DNA from: Nanobdellota archaeon
GTDB taxonomy: Archaea > Nanobdellota > Nanobdellia > Pacearchaeales > GW2011-AR1
Direction of reading: 5' to 3'
Assembly (NCBI GenBank): GCA_027334715.1
Contig: DAHWUG010000001.1
Span: 277,993 to 341,992, forward strand
Length of the DNA: 64,000 nt
Of this stretch, positions 29,626 to 38,906 are shown piece by piece. The notes beneath the pieces were generated by a model. The model made no database searches. It was not told the DNA's origin and worked only from the letters and a program-made list of their open reading frames with translations. The position numbers and the translations under genes are program-made. Positions within the stretch are counted from its first letter, which is position 1. Each line of letters starts with the position of its first letter.

Positions 29626-31353
29626 ATGAACAGTTCAACAAGATTTGTTGTTGATGTGCTAAAACGAAACAGGAAACGGATATATACTATTGTTTTAGTA
29701 GCAACAATAGGCGCAATCTTGACAACAGCAACACCTTATATTTATGGTACGCTTTTCAGCCTTTCACAGGCTCCTGATACCGCCGCAAACCTACTTCTTG
29801 CCTTGATAGGGATCTGGCTTATACTCAGCCTTCTTTCAAATTACATATCAAACATGACTGGTTACATGGGGGAAGTTCTTGGTGTCAAAATTTCGCAAGA
29901 GTCAGAAGCAGAAGCGTATTCCCATTTTCTCACTTTGCCAATACTTTTCCATAAAAAAGAACAGAGGGGCGAGATTCTGCAGAAAATATCAAGGGCTTCA
30001 TGGTCATTGCAGGATATTGTCGCAACGATTTCAGATGTTCTTCCCCAGCTTCTAATGCTTCTTTTCTCTGTTGTCGCAATGTTCGTAATAAAATGGCAGC
30101 TTGCAATGGTTCTTCTTATCACTTTTGTAGTCTATGGAATATTCACTATAAAACTTGTAAACCCTGAAATGATTGCGAGAAGAATAGAGCACAGGACATA
30201 TGAGAAGCAGTATGGAAGAGTTTACGACAAGCTGTATAATGTCTTTCTTGTAAAAAATTTTGTTATGGAAGATGAAGAAAGGAAAAGATTCTTCAAATCT
30301 CTTGTCGAGAAAATTCTGCCTGTCGTAAAAAATGCAGCGGGCAAATCAAGGCGCGTTTCAAGTATTCAGGGAATTATAACCGGAGTGAGCTTTGTCATTG
30401 TGCTGGGAGGGGCAATTTTCTTCCTGAAAGCAGGGCAAATAACTCCGGGTGAATTTATTATGTTCTTCGGTTATATTAATCTTGCATTCAGCCCATTAAG
30501 ATTCTTCGGGAGCCTTTACAGAAGGTACAAAAGGGCTGTTGTTGCAGTAAGGAGATTCCTAAAGCTAAGAAGAATAACTCCTGAAAGGATGACACATGGA
30601 AAAAAGACCTTAGGCAATTTCAAGGGCGAAATTGTTTTGAAAAATCTTGATTTTGGCTACCTAAAAGAGAAAAGAGTTCTCAAAAACATAAACCTGAAAA
30701 TCAGTCCCGGAGAAAGCGTTGCTCTCGTAGGAAAAAGCGGGGTCGGAAAAACAACGCTTGCTGAATTAGTAATGGGTTATTATCTTCCGAACAAAGGAAA
30801 AATAGAATTTGACGGCACAGATATTTCTGAATTGCAGCTAAAATGGATAAGAGACCAGATAGCTGTTGTTCCCCAGGACCTTAATCTGTTCAATGACACT
30901 TTGATCAACAATCTAAAATATGCAAATCCTGACGCAACAGAAAAACAGGTTATTGAATCATGCAAGGCAGCTTCTGCAGATGAATTCATAACATCTCTTC
31001 CGAAATCATATCACACAAAAGTCGGCGAAGAGGGCGTAAAACTTTCAATGGGACAAAGGCAAAGGATTGCAATAGCAATGGCATTCCTAAAAAACCCAAA
31101 AGTGCTTATTCTTGACGAGCCAACTGCCGCGCTTGATGCAGAATCTGAAAGAAAAGTTCAGGAAGGAATAAACAGGCTGATTAAGGGAAAGACAACAATA
31201 ATAATTGCACACAGATTCTCAACTGTAAGGAATGCTGACAAGATAGTTGTTCTTGAAAAAGGAAAGATTACAGAGCTTGGAAACCACACAGAGCTTGTAA
31301 AGAAAAAAGGAACCTACTATCATCTCTACAAGCTTCAAAGAGGGCTTGATTAA
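29626..31353 (+). CDS. ABC exporter, fused permease and ATPase (ABCB/MsbA-like)
   Basis: 6 TM N-terminal domain; Walker A GKSGVGKTT, signature LSMGQRQRIAIA, Walker B LILDEPTAALD. Confidence 0.85.
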   Translation: MNSSTRFVVDVLKRNRKRIYTIVLVATIGAILTTATPYIYGTLFSLSQAPDTAANLLLALIGIWLILSLLSNYISNMTGYMGEVLGVKISQESEAEAYSHFLTLPILFHKKEQRGEILQKISRASWSLQDIVATISDVLPQLLMLLFSVVAMFVIKWQLAMVLLITFVVYGIFTIKLVNPEMIARRIEHRTYEKQYGRVYDKLYNVFLVKNFVMEDEERKRFFKSLVEKILPVVKNAAGKSRRVSSIQGIITGVSFVIVLGGAIFFLKAGQITPGEFIMFFGYINLAFSPLRFFGSLYRRYKRAVVAVRRFLKLRRITPERMTHGKKTLGNFKGEIVLKNLDFGYLKEKRVLKNINLKISPGESVALVGKSGVGKTTLAELVMGYYLPNKGKIEFDGTDISELQLKWIRDQIAVVPQDLNLFNDTLINNLKYANPDATEKQVIESCKAASADEFITSLPKSYHTKVGEEGVKLSMGQRQRIAIAMAFLKNPKVLILDEPTAALDAESERKVQEGINRLIKGKTTIIIAHRFSTVRNADKIVVLEKGKITELGNHTELVKKKGTYYHLYKLQRGLD

Positions 31354-31383
31354 ATTTAAAAATCGCTTACTCTTATATAAGAT

Positions 31384-31731
31384 ATGTCATTTCTTGGATT
31401 CGGAAAAAAGAAGAAAGTGGTTGATTGGGCTTCAGATTACCATGAGCAGGAAGCAGAAAAAGCTGCTGCAATGAAGCAGATAAAGGAACAACAGAACACT
31501 TCTGAAACAACCCCCTTTTCTGTATTTGACTCTCCTGCTGCAACAAGCAATGTTTCAAGCTCAGATGATTTTGAATCAGCAGCAACGCCTGAAGAAAGGA
31601 AAAAAAGGCTTGCAAAGAGAATATTGAACCTGTCAGAAAGGATCGAAGACCTTTCCAACCAAATTTATCATTTGCAGCAAAGAATTGAATTGCTAGAGAA
31701 AAAGCTTGATGTAAAAAGCAGCGGGTACTAA
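31384..31731 (+). CDS. hypothetical coiled-coil protein
   Basis: ORF track. Confidence 0.35.
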   Translation: MSFLGFGKKKKVVDWASDYHEQEAEKAAAMKQIKEQQNTSETTPFSVFDSPAATSNVSSSDDFESAATPEERKKRLAKRILNLSERIEDLSNQIYHLQQRIELLEKKLDVKSSGY

Positions 31732-31768
31732 ATTAATATTTGTTGGTTAAAATTTAATAAATGTTAAA

Positions 31769-32344
31769 ATGAATAATGGACTAAGTGTTGTTGCGGCATG
31801 CTGGATTGTTTTTCTTGTTTACTGGTTTATCTCTTCTTTTTTTGCAAAAAAATCCGTCACAAAAAGAAATTTTAGATGGAAATGGATAGTTGCCATAATA
31901 TTGTTTGCAATAATAATAAACTCTGGTGTAAGACTTTTCAGTATCTCATTTTCACCTATTTTCTCACAGCTTTTCTTTCCTTCATATACAGTTGAGTTTA
32001 TTGGATCGTTCTTTGCAGTTGTTGGCGTTATAGGAGCTGTTTGGGCAAGGACAACACTTGGAAGAAATTGGAGCGGATATGTCACATACAAAAAAGACCA
32101 TGAGTTAGTTACAAACGGGCCCTATAGATGGGTGAGGCATCCTATTTACAGCAGCTTATTGTTAATGTTAATAGGAACTTTCATTTATGATCCGACGCTA
32201 GTGGTCATAATAATCTTTCCTGTTTATTTTGGCATTTTCTTCTGGAGAATAAGAAAGGAAGAGGAAATCATGATAAATCTTTTTGGCAACAAGTACAGAA
32301 ATTACATGAAAAGGACAAAGAGGCTCATCCCATTTGTCTGGTGA
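31769..32344 (+). CDS. isoprenylcysteine carboxyl methyltransferase / phospholipid methyltransferase family membrane protein
   Basis: RWVRHPIYSSLLLMLIG motif; 4-5 TM. Confidence 0.6.
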   Translation: MNNGLSVVAACWIVFLVYWFISSFFAKKSVTKRNFRWKWIVAIILFAIIINSGVRLFSISFSPIFSQLFFPSYTVEFIGSFFAVVGVIGAVWARTTLGRNWSGYVTYKKDHELVTNGPYRWVRHPIYSSLLLMLIGTFIYDPTLVVIIIFPVYFGIFFWRIRKEEEIMINLFGNKYRNYMKRTKRLIPFVW

Positions 32345-32383
32345 TTTGATTAAATTTATTAATTAAGATTCTTTATTTAGATT

Positions 32384-32991
32384 ATGATGTTAAAAACCCA
32401 AAGGTTGATTTTAAGGAAACCAAAGATTTCCGATTGGAAAGATCTTGTCGAAGGTGTAAGTCCTTTAGAAGTATCTCAATACTTGGAAAGTGTGCCTCAT
32501 CCTTATAAAAAAAAGGATGCCCTTTGGTTCATTAAAAATAGTTTAAAAAAGTGGAGCAAGAAAAATAAGACCTCTTACCTTTTTTTTATTGAACTAAAAT
32601 CAGAAAAAAAGTTATTGGAGTTATTAGTATATTCAATTATAATAAGCAGCATAAAACCTGCGAAACAGGCTCTTGGATTAATAAAAACTATTGGAGAAAG
32701 GGTTATATTACAGAGGCTAAAATTGCACTTAATGAATTTGTGTTTAATAAACTAGGAGTAAGAAAGATGGAGACAGGAGCTTATGAAAAAAATAAAGCTT
32801 CAAATGCAACTCAAAGAGCAATGGGTTATAAATATGAAGGAACAAGAATAAAACACCATATTTCAAAATCAACTGGAAAAATCCATGATGAACATTTGTA
32901 TGGCCTTTTCAAAGAAGACTGGAAAAAGAACCTTCCAAAATTAAGGAAAAAATTAAATAAAAAGATTGAGATGTTAAATAAGAAAAAATGA
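32384..32991 (+). pseudogene. GNAT (RimL/RimJ-like) N-acetyltransferase interrupted by a frameshift at an A7 run (32604-32610)
   Basis: Frame 2 encodes MMLKTQRLILRKP...FFIELKSEKK; frame 1 continues VIGVISIFNYNKQHKTCETGSWINKNYWRKGYITEAKIALNEFVFNKLGVRKMETG...; one extra A would restore a ~200-aa protein. Confidence 0.55.
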
Positions 32992-34208
32992 AAGATTTAA
33001 AGGAAAAAGCTAGGGCATATGCGCTGAAAAATGCCATTGCATATGAAGGAAAGGCGCAGACAGGCAGCGTTATTTCTGCTTTGTTTAATGAAGGTCTTAA
33101 ACCAGAAGATGTAAAAAAATATTCAAAGGAAATAAATGAAATTGTTTTTGAAGTCAACGGGCTTTCGCCTGAGGAACAAAATGAAGAATTCAAAAAGCTG
33201 GAGAAAGAAACCCATCACAGAGAAGGGAGAGAAGGATTGCCTGAATTGCCTGGAGCAAAAAAAGGAAAAGTGATAATGCGTTTTGCGCCTTCGCCATCCG
33301 GCCCTTTCCATGTGGGTCATGCGCTTACAGGAAGCATTTCCTATCTTTTTGTAAAAAAATATGGTGGTATATTTTATGTAAGAATTGAAGACACAAATCC
33401 TGAGAACATTTACCCTAAAGCTTATGACATGATAAAAAAAGAGAGCGAATGGCTTTTTCCCGGAAAATTCCTGAAGATAATAATCCAGTCAGACAGAATG
33501 AAAATTTATTATGACCTTGCTGAAAAACTGATAAAGAAAAATGCTGCATATGTCTGCACCTGCAGCCAGGAAGATTTTAAAAAATTTGTAGAGAATAAAA
33601 AAGATTGTCCCTGCAGGAGTTTAAATGTTAAGGATAATTTAATTAGATGGAAAAAGATGCTCGATAAACGCGGATTTCAGGAAGGTGAGGCTGTTTTGCG
33701 ATTTAAGCAGAAAGGGGGGATGCAGGACAAAAATCCTGCAATGAGAGATTTTCCACTTGCAAGAATAAATCTTGAAAAGCATGCAAGGCAGGGAAACAAG
33801 TACAGGGTCTGGCCATTGATGAATCTGGCTGTGACTGCAGATGATATTGATTTGAGAATGACCCATATCATAAGGGCAAAAGATCACAGGGACAACGCAG
33901 AAAGGCAAAAAAGGATTTACACTGCCATGGGGCTGAAAAAGCAAGTGCCATGGACGGGATTTCTTGGAAGAATAAAATTCACAGACATGGAACTTTCAGC
34001 AACAAAAATGAGAAAGGCAATTGATGCTGGAGAATACACTGGTTGGGATGATCAAGAACTTCCAACAATTGCATCAATCATAAAAAAAGGGTACAGGCCA
34101 TCTGCTTTCTGGAAGTTTGCCGAGAGAATCGGGCTTTCTGAAAATGATAAAATAATGGACAAGCATGAATTTTTCAGGCTTTTGGACGATTTTAACCGAG
34201 GACAATAA
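32988..34208 (+). CDS. gltX: archaeal-type glutamyl-tRNA synthetase catalytic core lacking the C-terminal anticodon-binding beta-barrel domains
   Basis: N-terminal helical domain, HIGH motif PSPSGPFHVGHA, MSK-like LSATKMRK, WDDQELPTIASIIKKGYRP helical subdomain, then ends at 406 aa (typical length about 550). Confidence 0.7.
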   Translation: MKDLKEKARAYALKNAIAYEGKAQTGSVISALFNEGLKPEDVKKYSKEINEIVFEVNGLSPEEQNEEFKKLEKETHHREGREGLPELPGAKKGKVIMRFAPSPSGPFHVGHALTGSISYLFVKKYGGIFYVRIEDTNPENIYPKAYDMIKKESEWLFPGKFLKIIIQSDRMKIYYDLAEKLIKKNAAYVCTCSQEDFKKFVENKKDCPCRSLNVKDNLIRWKKMLDKRGFQEGEAVLRFKQKGGMQDKNPAMRDFPLARINLEKHARQGNKYRVWPLMNLAVTADDIDLRMTHIIRAKDHRDNAERQKRIYTAMGLKKQVPWTGFLGRIKFTDMELSATKMRKAIDAGEYTGWDDQELPTIASIIKKGYRPSAFWKFAERIGLSENDKIMDKHEFFRLLDDFNRGQ

Positions 34209-34281
34209 CATTTTTAAACTAATCTTTGTTTAATAAAATAAGTTATTGATATAACTTTAACTTAATCAAAAAGGAGGGTAA

Positions 34282-34734
34282 ATGCAAAACAAAAAGGGTT
34301 TGTCGGAAATTGTGGCTACTTTGATAATAATCCTATTGACACTTGTTGCTGTAGGAATTATTTGGGTTGTCATAAAGGGAGTTGTTACGAGCGGAACAAA
34401 TCAAATAAGCGTAACTTCTGAGTGCACTGCTATTAATCTGAATGCAGTATCTGTTAATGAAAGTTCTCCAGGAATTTATGATGTTACATTGCATAGATCA
34501 TCTGGCGGAGATAACACACTTGCAGGCATAAAGGTTAATATATTTAATGATACAACAAGCAGCGGACCAATGGACTTTGGAACACTTAACTTGCTAGATC
34601 AGCATACTGTATCTTTAAATACATCAACTGCAACACTTGTAACAGGCGGAAACAGGATTGAGTACACTCCGTTCTTCAAGGATTCATCAGGTAATGAACA
34701 GCTCTGCTCAGGAACACAGTCATTTTCATTTTAA
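34282..34734 (+). CDS. archaeal type IV pilin-like protein (class III signal peptide)
   Basis: MQNKKGLSEIVATLIIILLTLVAVGIIWVV: KG followed by an E(+5)-containing hydrophobic helix. Confidence 0.6.
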   Translation: MQNKKGLSEIVATLIIILLTLVAVGIIWVVIKGVVTSGTNQISVTSECTAINLNAVSVNESSPGIYDVTLHRSSGGDNTLAGIKVNIFNDTTSSGPMDFGTLNLLDQHTVSLNTSTATLVTGGNRIEYTPFFKDSSGNEQLCSGTQSFSF

Positions 34735-34971
34735 TTTTTTATTTCTGTGTTGTGTTTTTTATGTTAGTGCAAAAAATAAAGATGATTCCCCCTAATGGGA
34801 TGATTTATTCAAACATTATTTATTCTCAATCAGCTATAAAACAAAACTTTAAAAACTGGTTTTTTCTGTTAAAATCATGACAGCTCAATGTGGAGTTATC
34901 GGCATATTTAAGAAAGATTTCTTTAGCTGTGCCTATTTTTTTAACGAGTTTTCTGAGAAATTTTCTGGTAA

Positions 34972-34983
34972 GGTTTTTATAGC
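34972..34983 (+). promoter_or_regulatory. TATA-like box upstream of tRNA-His
   Basis: ggtttttatagc about 25-30 nt upstream of the tRNA 5' end. Confidence 0.3.
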
Positions 34984-35005
34984 ATTTTCACGTGAATTAA
35001 ATTAT

Positions 35006-35077
35006 GGCGGTTGTAGTTCAGTGGCAGAACATCCGACTGTGGCTCGGGAAACGAGAGTTCGATTCTCTCCTTCCGCC
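35006..35077 (+). tRNA. tRNA-His (anticodon GUG) with encoded G-1; acceptor stem carries two U-U mismatches
   Basis: G-1 plus GCGGTTG...CTTCCGC-C73; D-stem GTTC/GAAC; anticodon stem TCCGA/TCGGG with loop CTGTGGC; T-arm GAGAG-TTCGATT-CTCTC. Confidence 0.6.
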
Positions 35078-35103
35078 CTGTTCAACATAGTTCAGAGTAG
35101 AAA

Positions 35104-35592
35104 ATGAAAATAGGATTCAAAAAAATGAGACTGAAAGAGGATAGTAGAACGGTTCAAATAGAAGGAGAAATAGTTAATCCATTTAAAATTTACAAAGAGA
35201 AAATTAATATTGAAATGTCTATATTGCAACTAGCTAAAGTTTGGGGGACTGATAGAAAAGCTGTTAGTAAAGTAGAAAATGAATTTGGGTCAGAGGAATT
35301 AGAAGATTTATGTGAAGAGACAAAAGAAGAGATAAAAAACTTTCCAATAGAATTCTGGAACAAGGAAATTAAATGTGGATATGTTAATACAACAGATAAA
35401 ACAAATGATAGAGATAGCCCAGATATGAAAACACAAATTGTTAGAATTTATGGAGAAGATTTATGTGGGTGGGATAATGAAGGGATTTTAGTAGAAATAC
35501 CAAAGGAAATTTATGATAAAGAACTGAAAGGGAAGAAAATTGAAATGATTTTAGAACCTGTCTTAATTAAACTAAGGGAAAACAAAAAATGA
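35104..35592 (+). CDS. hypothetical protein
   Basis: ORF track. Confidence 0.35.
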   Translation: MKIGFKKMRLKEDSRTVQIEGEIVNPFKIYKEKINIEMSILQLAKVWGTDRKAVSKVENEFGSEELEDLCEETKEEIKNFPIEFWNKEIKCGYVNTTDKTNDRDSPDMKTQIVRIYGEDLCGWDNEGILVEIPKEIYDKELKGKKIEMILEPVLIKLRENKK

Positions 35593-35656
35593 CAGCTAAC
35601 CAGAACATTATTGGCTTGGTTACCCCTTCCGTCCTTGATATAAAAAAGAGAATAAA

Positions 35657-36799
35657 ATGAATACAGAACCAGTAAAGGGATTCAGGGATTTTTCAGGCAA
35701 GGAAGCTGAAAACAGAGCAGAGATGAGAAAGATAATAGTCAGGACTTTTGAAAGATATGGATTTGAACCTGTAGAGACGCCGATAATTGAACAGGAAGAA
35801 TTTGTTCGTGGAGAGAACAAAGAAGATGAAGCTATTTCAGACATATTTAAATTGCAGGACAAGGGAAAAAGAAATCTTGCTTTGCGTTATGAATTTACAT
35901 TCCAGTTGAAAAGAATTATGAAAAACAAAAAGCTTCCTTACAAAAGATACCAGATTGGCGAGGTTTTCAGGGATGAACCTGTTTCTTCAAACAGATTCAG
36001 GCAGTTTACGCAGTGCGATGTTGATATTGTTGGTTCAAATGTTAAAAATGAAGCAGAAATTTTGGCAATGACCAGTGAGCTGATGAGAGAGTTTGGCATA
36101 GAGCCAATAATTCTTGTAAACAACAGGAGACTTCTTAATGAAATACTCAATGATTTGAAAATAAAGGAAAAAGACAGGGAACAAGTGCTGAGGGAGATTG
36201 ACAAGTTTGGCAAAATAGGAGAAAAGGAAGTTATTTCTAATCTTAAAAAATTAAATGCTGATAAAGTTATTAAAGTGCTTAAAAGTGGCGAAGCTTACTT
36301 TAAAAAATTCCAAGCATACAAGGAAATCATTTCTCTGATAGAATATTGCAGACTTTACGGCGTCAAAATATTATTTTCACCTACTGTTATTCGGGGGCTT
36401 AGCTATTACAATGAGAATGTTTTTGAGGTAAAAGCAAAAAATATAAGTGAAACACTTGTTGCAGGGGGAAGCTATATGTTTGACGGCATTCAATGCACAG
36501 GAATTTCTTTCGGCCTGGATAGATTAGCTTTGATATCTAAGCTGAGATTTGAAAGAGAAAAATATCTTATTATCTCATTGGGGGAAGATGAAGCGGCAAT
36601 TGGCTTGGCACGAAAGCTTAGGGAGAAAAACAGAGGCAAAGATGTAACTGTATACTACGGAAAACCATCAAAAGCGCTTGATTATGCAAATTCTTACGGC
36701 ATAAATGAGGTTATTTTTGTCGGAGAGAAGGAAATCAAGGAAAAAAAGTTCAAAGTCAAAGACATGAAAACAGGAAAGGAAAGTGCACTTAAGTTATAA
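35657..36799 (+). CDS. hisS: histidyl-tRNA synthetase (class II; compact, 380 aa)
   Basis: Motif 1/2 region GFRDF, RYEF..QLKR, YQIGEVFRDEP, RQFTQCDVDIVG; C-terminal class-II anticodon-binding domain. Confidence 0.85.
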   Translation: MNTEPVKGFRDFSGKEAENRAEMRKIIVRTFERYGFEPVETPIIEQEEFVRGENKEDEAISDIFKLQDKGKRNLALRYEFTFQLKRIMKNKKLPYKRYQIGEVFRDEPVSSNRFRQFTQCDVDIVGSNVKNEAEILAMTSELMREFGIEPIILVNNRRLLNEILNDLKIKEKDREQVLREIDKFGKIGEKEVISNLKKLNADKVIKVLKSGEAYFKKFQAYKEIISLIEYCRLYGVKILFSPTVIRGLSYYNENVFEVKAKNISETLVAGGSYMFDGIQCTGISFGLDRLALISKLRFEREKYLIISLGEDEAAIGLARKLREKNRGKDVTVYYGKPSKALDYANSYGINEVIFVGEKEIKEKKFKVKDMKTGKESALKL

Positions 36800-36800
36800 A

Positions 36801-36819
36801 AAAAGATTATTGGTCCTTA
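36801..36819 (+). repeat. 19-nt direct repeat aaaagattattggtcctta (copy A)
   Basis: Perfect match to 38029-38047; the two copies bracket the CDPS-like and HIT-like genes. Confidence 0.6.
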
Positions 36820-36843
36820 TTCTGGTGCATAAACGGTTGGTAA

Positions 36844-37530
36844 ATTAAGTTAGGCATTATTAAAGGTGCAACAGAAGAAGAACTAAAGTCAAAAAAGTTC
36901 AATATTTATCTGGGTATAAGCTTAGGAAACAAGTGGTTTACAAAAGATAATACAAGAGAACATTTAAACTTCGCTTTGAAGTATACTAAAGATAGAATTG
37001 GATTACTTGTTGCAGATACTCTTCACGCAATTAATTATGAGATTAGGAATAAAATTTCTTATGAAAAAAGCTATAAAAAATCTCTTCAAAAAGGCACAAA
37101 GTTTATAGAAATTTTAAAGGAATTAATTGAAGAGTTGCCAGAAAAAGAACAAAAGAGAATTGATATAATAAGATGGGATGATATTAAAAAAGAGAAATTA
37201 TATAGAGAATTATTCCCCATTGCTAAAAAAGAGTTTAGAGAGGATAATACTTTCAAAGAAGCTATTTTAGATATAATCAGAGAACAGGTCAAACAAGAGG
37301 ACAGAATATTTAGTAAAAAAGATATAGAAAGATTTGGAGAATATATAATTGAAGAACTTCCCGAACTAGCTAATGGCTTTATTTTCAAAAATACTTATTA
37401 TAATTGTTATTTATATCCTTATTATAGCAAACTTGCTCAATTTGTTGAAGATTTACAACAAGGAAAAATCTTCACGCAAATCAGTGAAAAACTTGTAAAG
37501 AGGTATAATGTTTTTGTAGAATTAAGGTAA
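36844..37530 (+). CDS. cyclodipeptide synthase (CDPS)-like protein, tRNA-dependent; start codon unresolved
   Basis: Open frame from the stop at 36841: ...KKFNIYLGISLGNKWFTKDNTREHLNFALKYTKDRIGLLVADTLH (compare AlbC ALIGISAGNSYFS...VVYVDTH), later EYIIEELPEL (Y-x3-E) and YYNCYLYPYY; 228 aa; first ATG/GTG/TTG only at 36976. Confidence 0.55.
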   Translation: MKLGIIKGATEEELKSKKFNIYLGISLGNKWFTKDNTREHLNFALKYTKDRIGLLVADTLHAINYEIRNKISYEKSYKKSLQKGTKFIEILKELIEELPEKEQKRIDIIRWDDIKKEKLYRELFPIAKKEFREDNTFKEAILDIIREQVKQEDRIFSKKDIERFGEYIIEELPELANGFIFKNTYYNCYLYPYYSKLAQFVEDLQQGKIFTQISEKLVKRYNVFVELR

Positions 37531-37599
37531 GTAGTCTTATTAATTTGAAAGTCCTAACAAATGACTTGAACTGATTAAGATGAGTAAATTTTAAGTCAC

Positions 37600-38022
37600 T
37601 TATTGAATATCATCTTTTAAATAATCTTTAACTTTCTTAGCTAATTTTTCCACTTCTTTTATATTCCGGGTTGTCTTCATATTTTTTTGTGCATATTTCA
37701 ATATTTCTTTCAAAGAATTATTTTTAATTTTATTCATCCAATAATATCTTGGAAGAATCCAAATATGAAAGTTAAACTTTGTTCTTTCTTCTTGAAAAAT
37801 AGAAACTTCTTTAATTTTAAGAACAATTTTCATTGTATCACGGATTTTGCGAAGAATATCAATCATTTCATAAGATTCTTCTTTTGTAAAATCAGTTATT
37901 GACTTTACTTTACGCTTTGGAGCTAAAATGAAAAAACCAGATATTGGAATTTCCCAATCCTGACTAACTTTAAAATTATCTGTTTCATAAATAGTAATAT
38001 CAAATAGCTTTTTTAAAGTCAT
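37600..38022 (-). CDS. HIT-superfamily-like protein (degenerate histidine triad)
   Basis: FNFHIWILPRY block in place of HxHxHxx; 140 aa. Confidence 0.35.
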   Translation of the reverse strand: MTLKKLFDITIYETDNFKVSQDWEIPISGFFILAPKRKVKSITDFTKEESYEMIDILRKIRDTMKIVLKIKEVSIFQEERTKFNFHIWILPRYYWMNKIKNNSLKEILKYAQKNMKTTRNIKEVEKLAKKVKDYLKDDIQ

Positions 38023-38028
38023 ATTATT

Positions 38029-38047
38029 AAAAGATTATTGGTCCTTA
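38029..38047 (+). repeat. 19-nt direct repeat aaaagattattggtcctta (copy B)
   Basis: Identical to 36801-36819. Confidence 0.6.
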
Positions 38048-38081
38048 AAATTTAAAAACCTTTCTCAACTAGTTAATCTCT

Positions 38082-38906
38082 ATGCCTAAAAAATCTGGTG
38101 AAAAAAATAATAATATAATTGAAGTAAAAAATCTGGTGAAAAAATTTGGGGATTTCATTGCAGTCGCAAACATATCCTTTGAGGTAAAAAAAGGGGAAAT
38201 ATTCGCTTTTCTCGGCCCAAACGGGGCAGGAAAGACAACAACAATAAAAATGCTTACAACTCTTCTGGAACCTAATTCTGGGACAGTAAGTATTAACGGA
38301 TTTAATCCACAAAAGGAAAAAGACGAGACAAGAAAATCTTTTGGAATAGTTTTCCAGGATCCTAGCCTAGATGATGACCTTACTGCTTTGGAAAATATGG
38401 AATTTCACGGAATATTCTATGGAGTCCCTGACAAAATAAGAAAAGAAAGAATTGAATATCTTTTGAAATTTGTCGGATTGTGGGAGAGAAAGGATGACCT
38501 TGTCAAAAGATTTTCAGGAGGAATGAAGAGAAGGCTGGAAATCGCCCGTGGCTTGATACATCATCCCAAAATATTGTTTCTTGACGAGCCAACTTTGGGC
38601 CTTGATCCCCAGACAAGAAATCATTTATGGGAGTACATTAAAAAAATGAACAAAGAGGAAGGAATGACTGTTTTTCTAACCACTCATTACATGGATGAAG
38701 CAGACAGGGTTGCTGACAGAATAGCTGTGATAGACCATGGAAAAATAATCAATCATGGAACAGCCTCGCAATTAAAAAAAGAAACCAAAACAAATAATCT
38801 TGAGGATGCATTCTTGAAACTTACAGGACACGGAATCAGGGATGAGGATGCTTCTGCCAAGGATAATTTGAGAAGCCATGCCAGATTGTGGAGGGGAAGA
38901 AAATGA
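38082..38906 (+). CDS. ABC transporter ATP-binding protein (ABC-2/DrrA-like)
   Basis: Walker A GPNGAGKTT, signature FSGGMKRRL, Walker B LFLDEPT. Confidence 0.85.
   Translation: MPKKSGEKNNNIIEVKNLVKKFGDFIAVANISFEVKKGEIFAFLGPNGAGKTTTIKMLTTLLEPNSGTVSINGFNPQKEKDETRKSFGIVFQDPSLDDDLTALENMEFHGIFYGVPDKIRKERIEYLLKFVGLWERKDDLVKRFSGGMKRRLEIARGLIHHPKILFLDEPTLGLDPQTRNHLWEYIKKMNKEEGMTVFLTTHYMDEADRVADRIAVIDHGKIINHGTASQLKKETKTNNLEDAFLKLTGHGIRDEDASAKDNLRSHARLWRGRK

Noticed and set aside
34877-35107. 76-aa ORF
   Set aside because: Overlaps the tRNA-His gene and its promoter; the translation is an artefact of reading through an RNA gene
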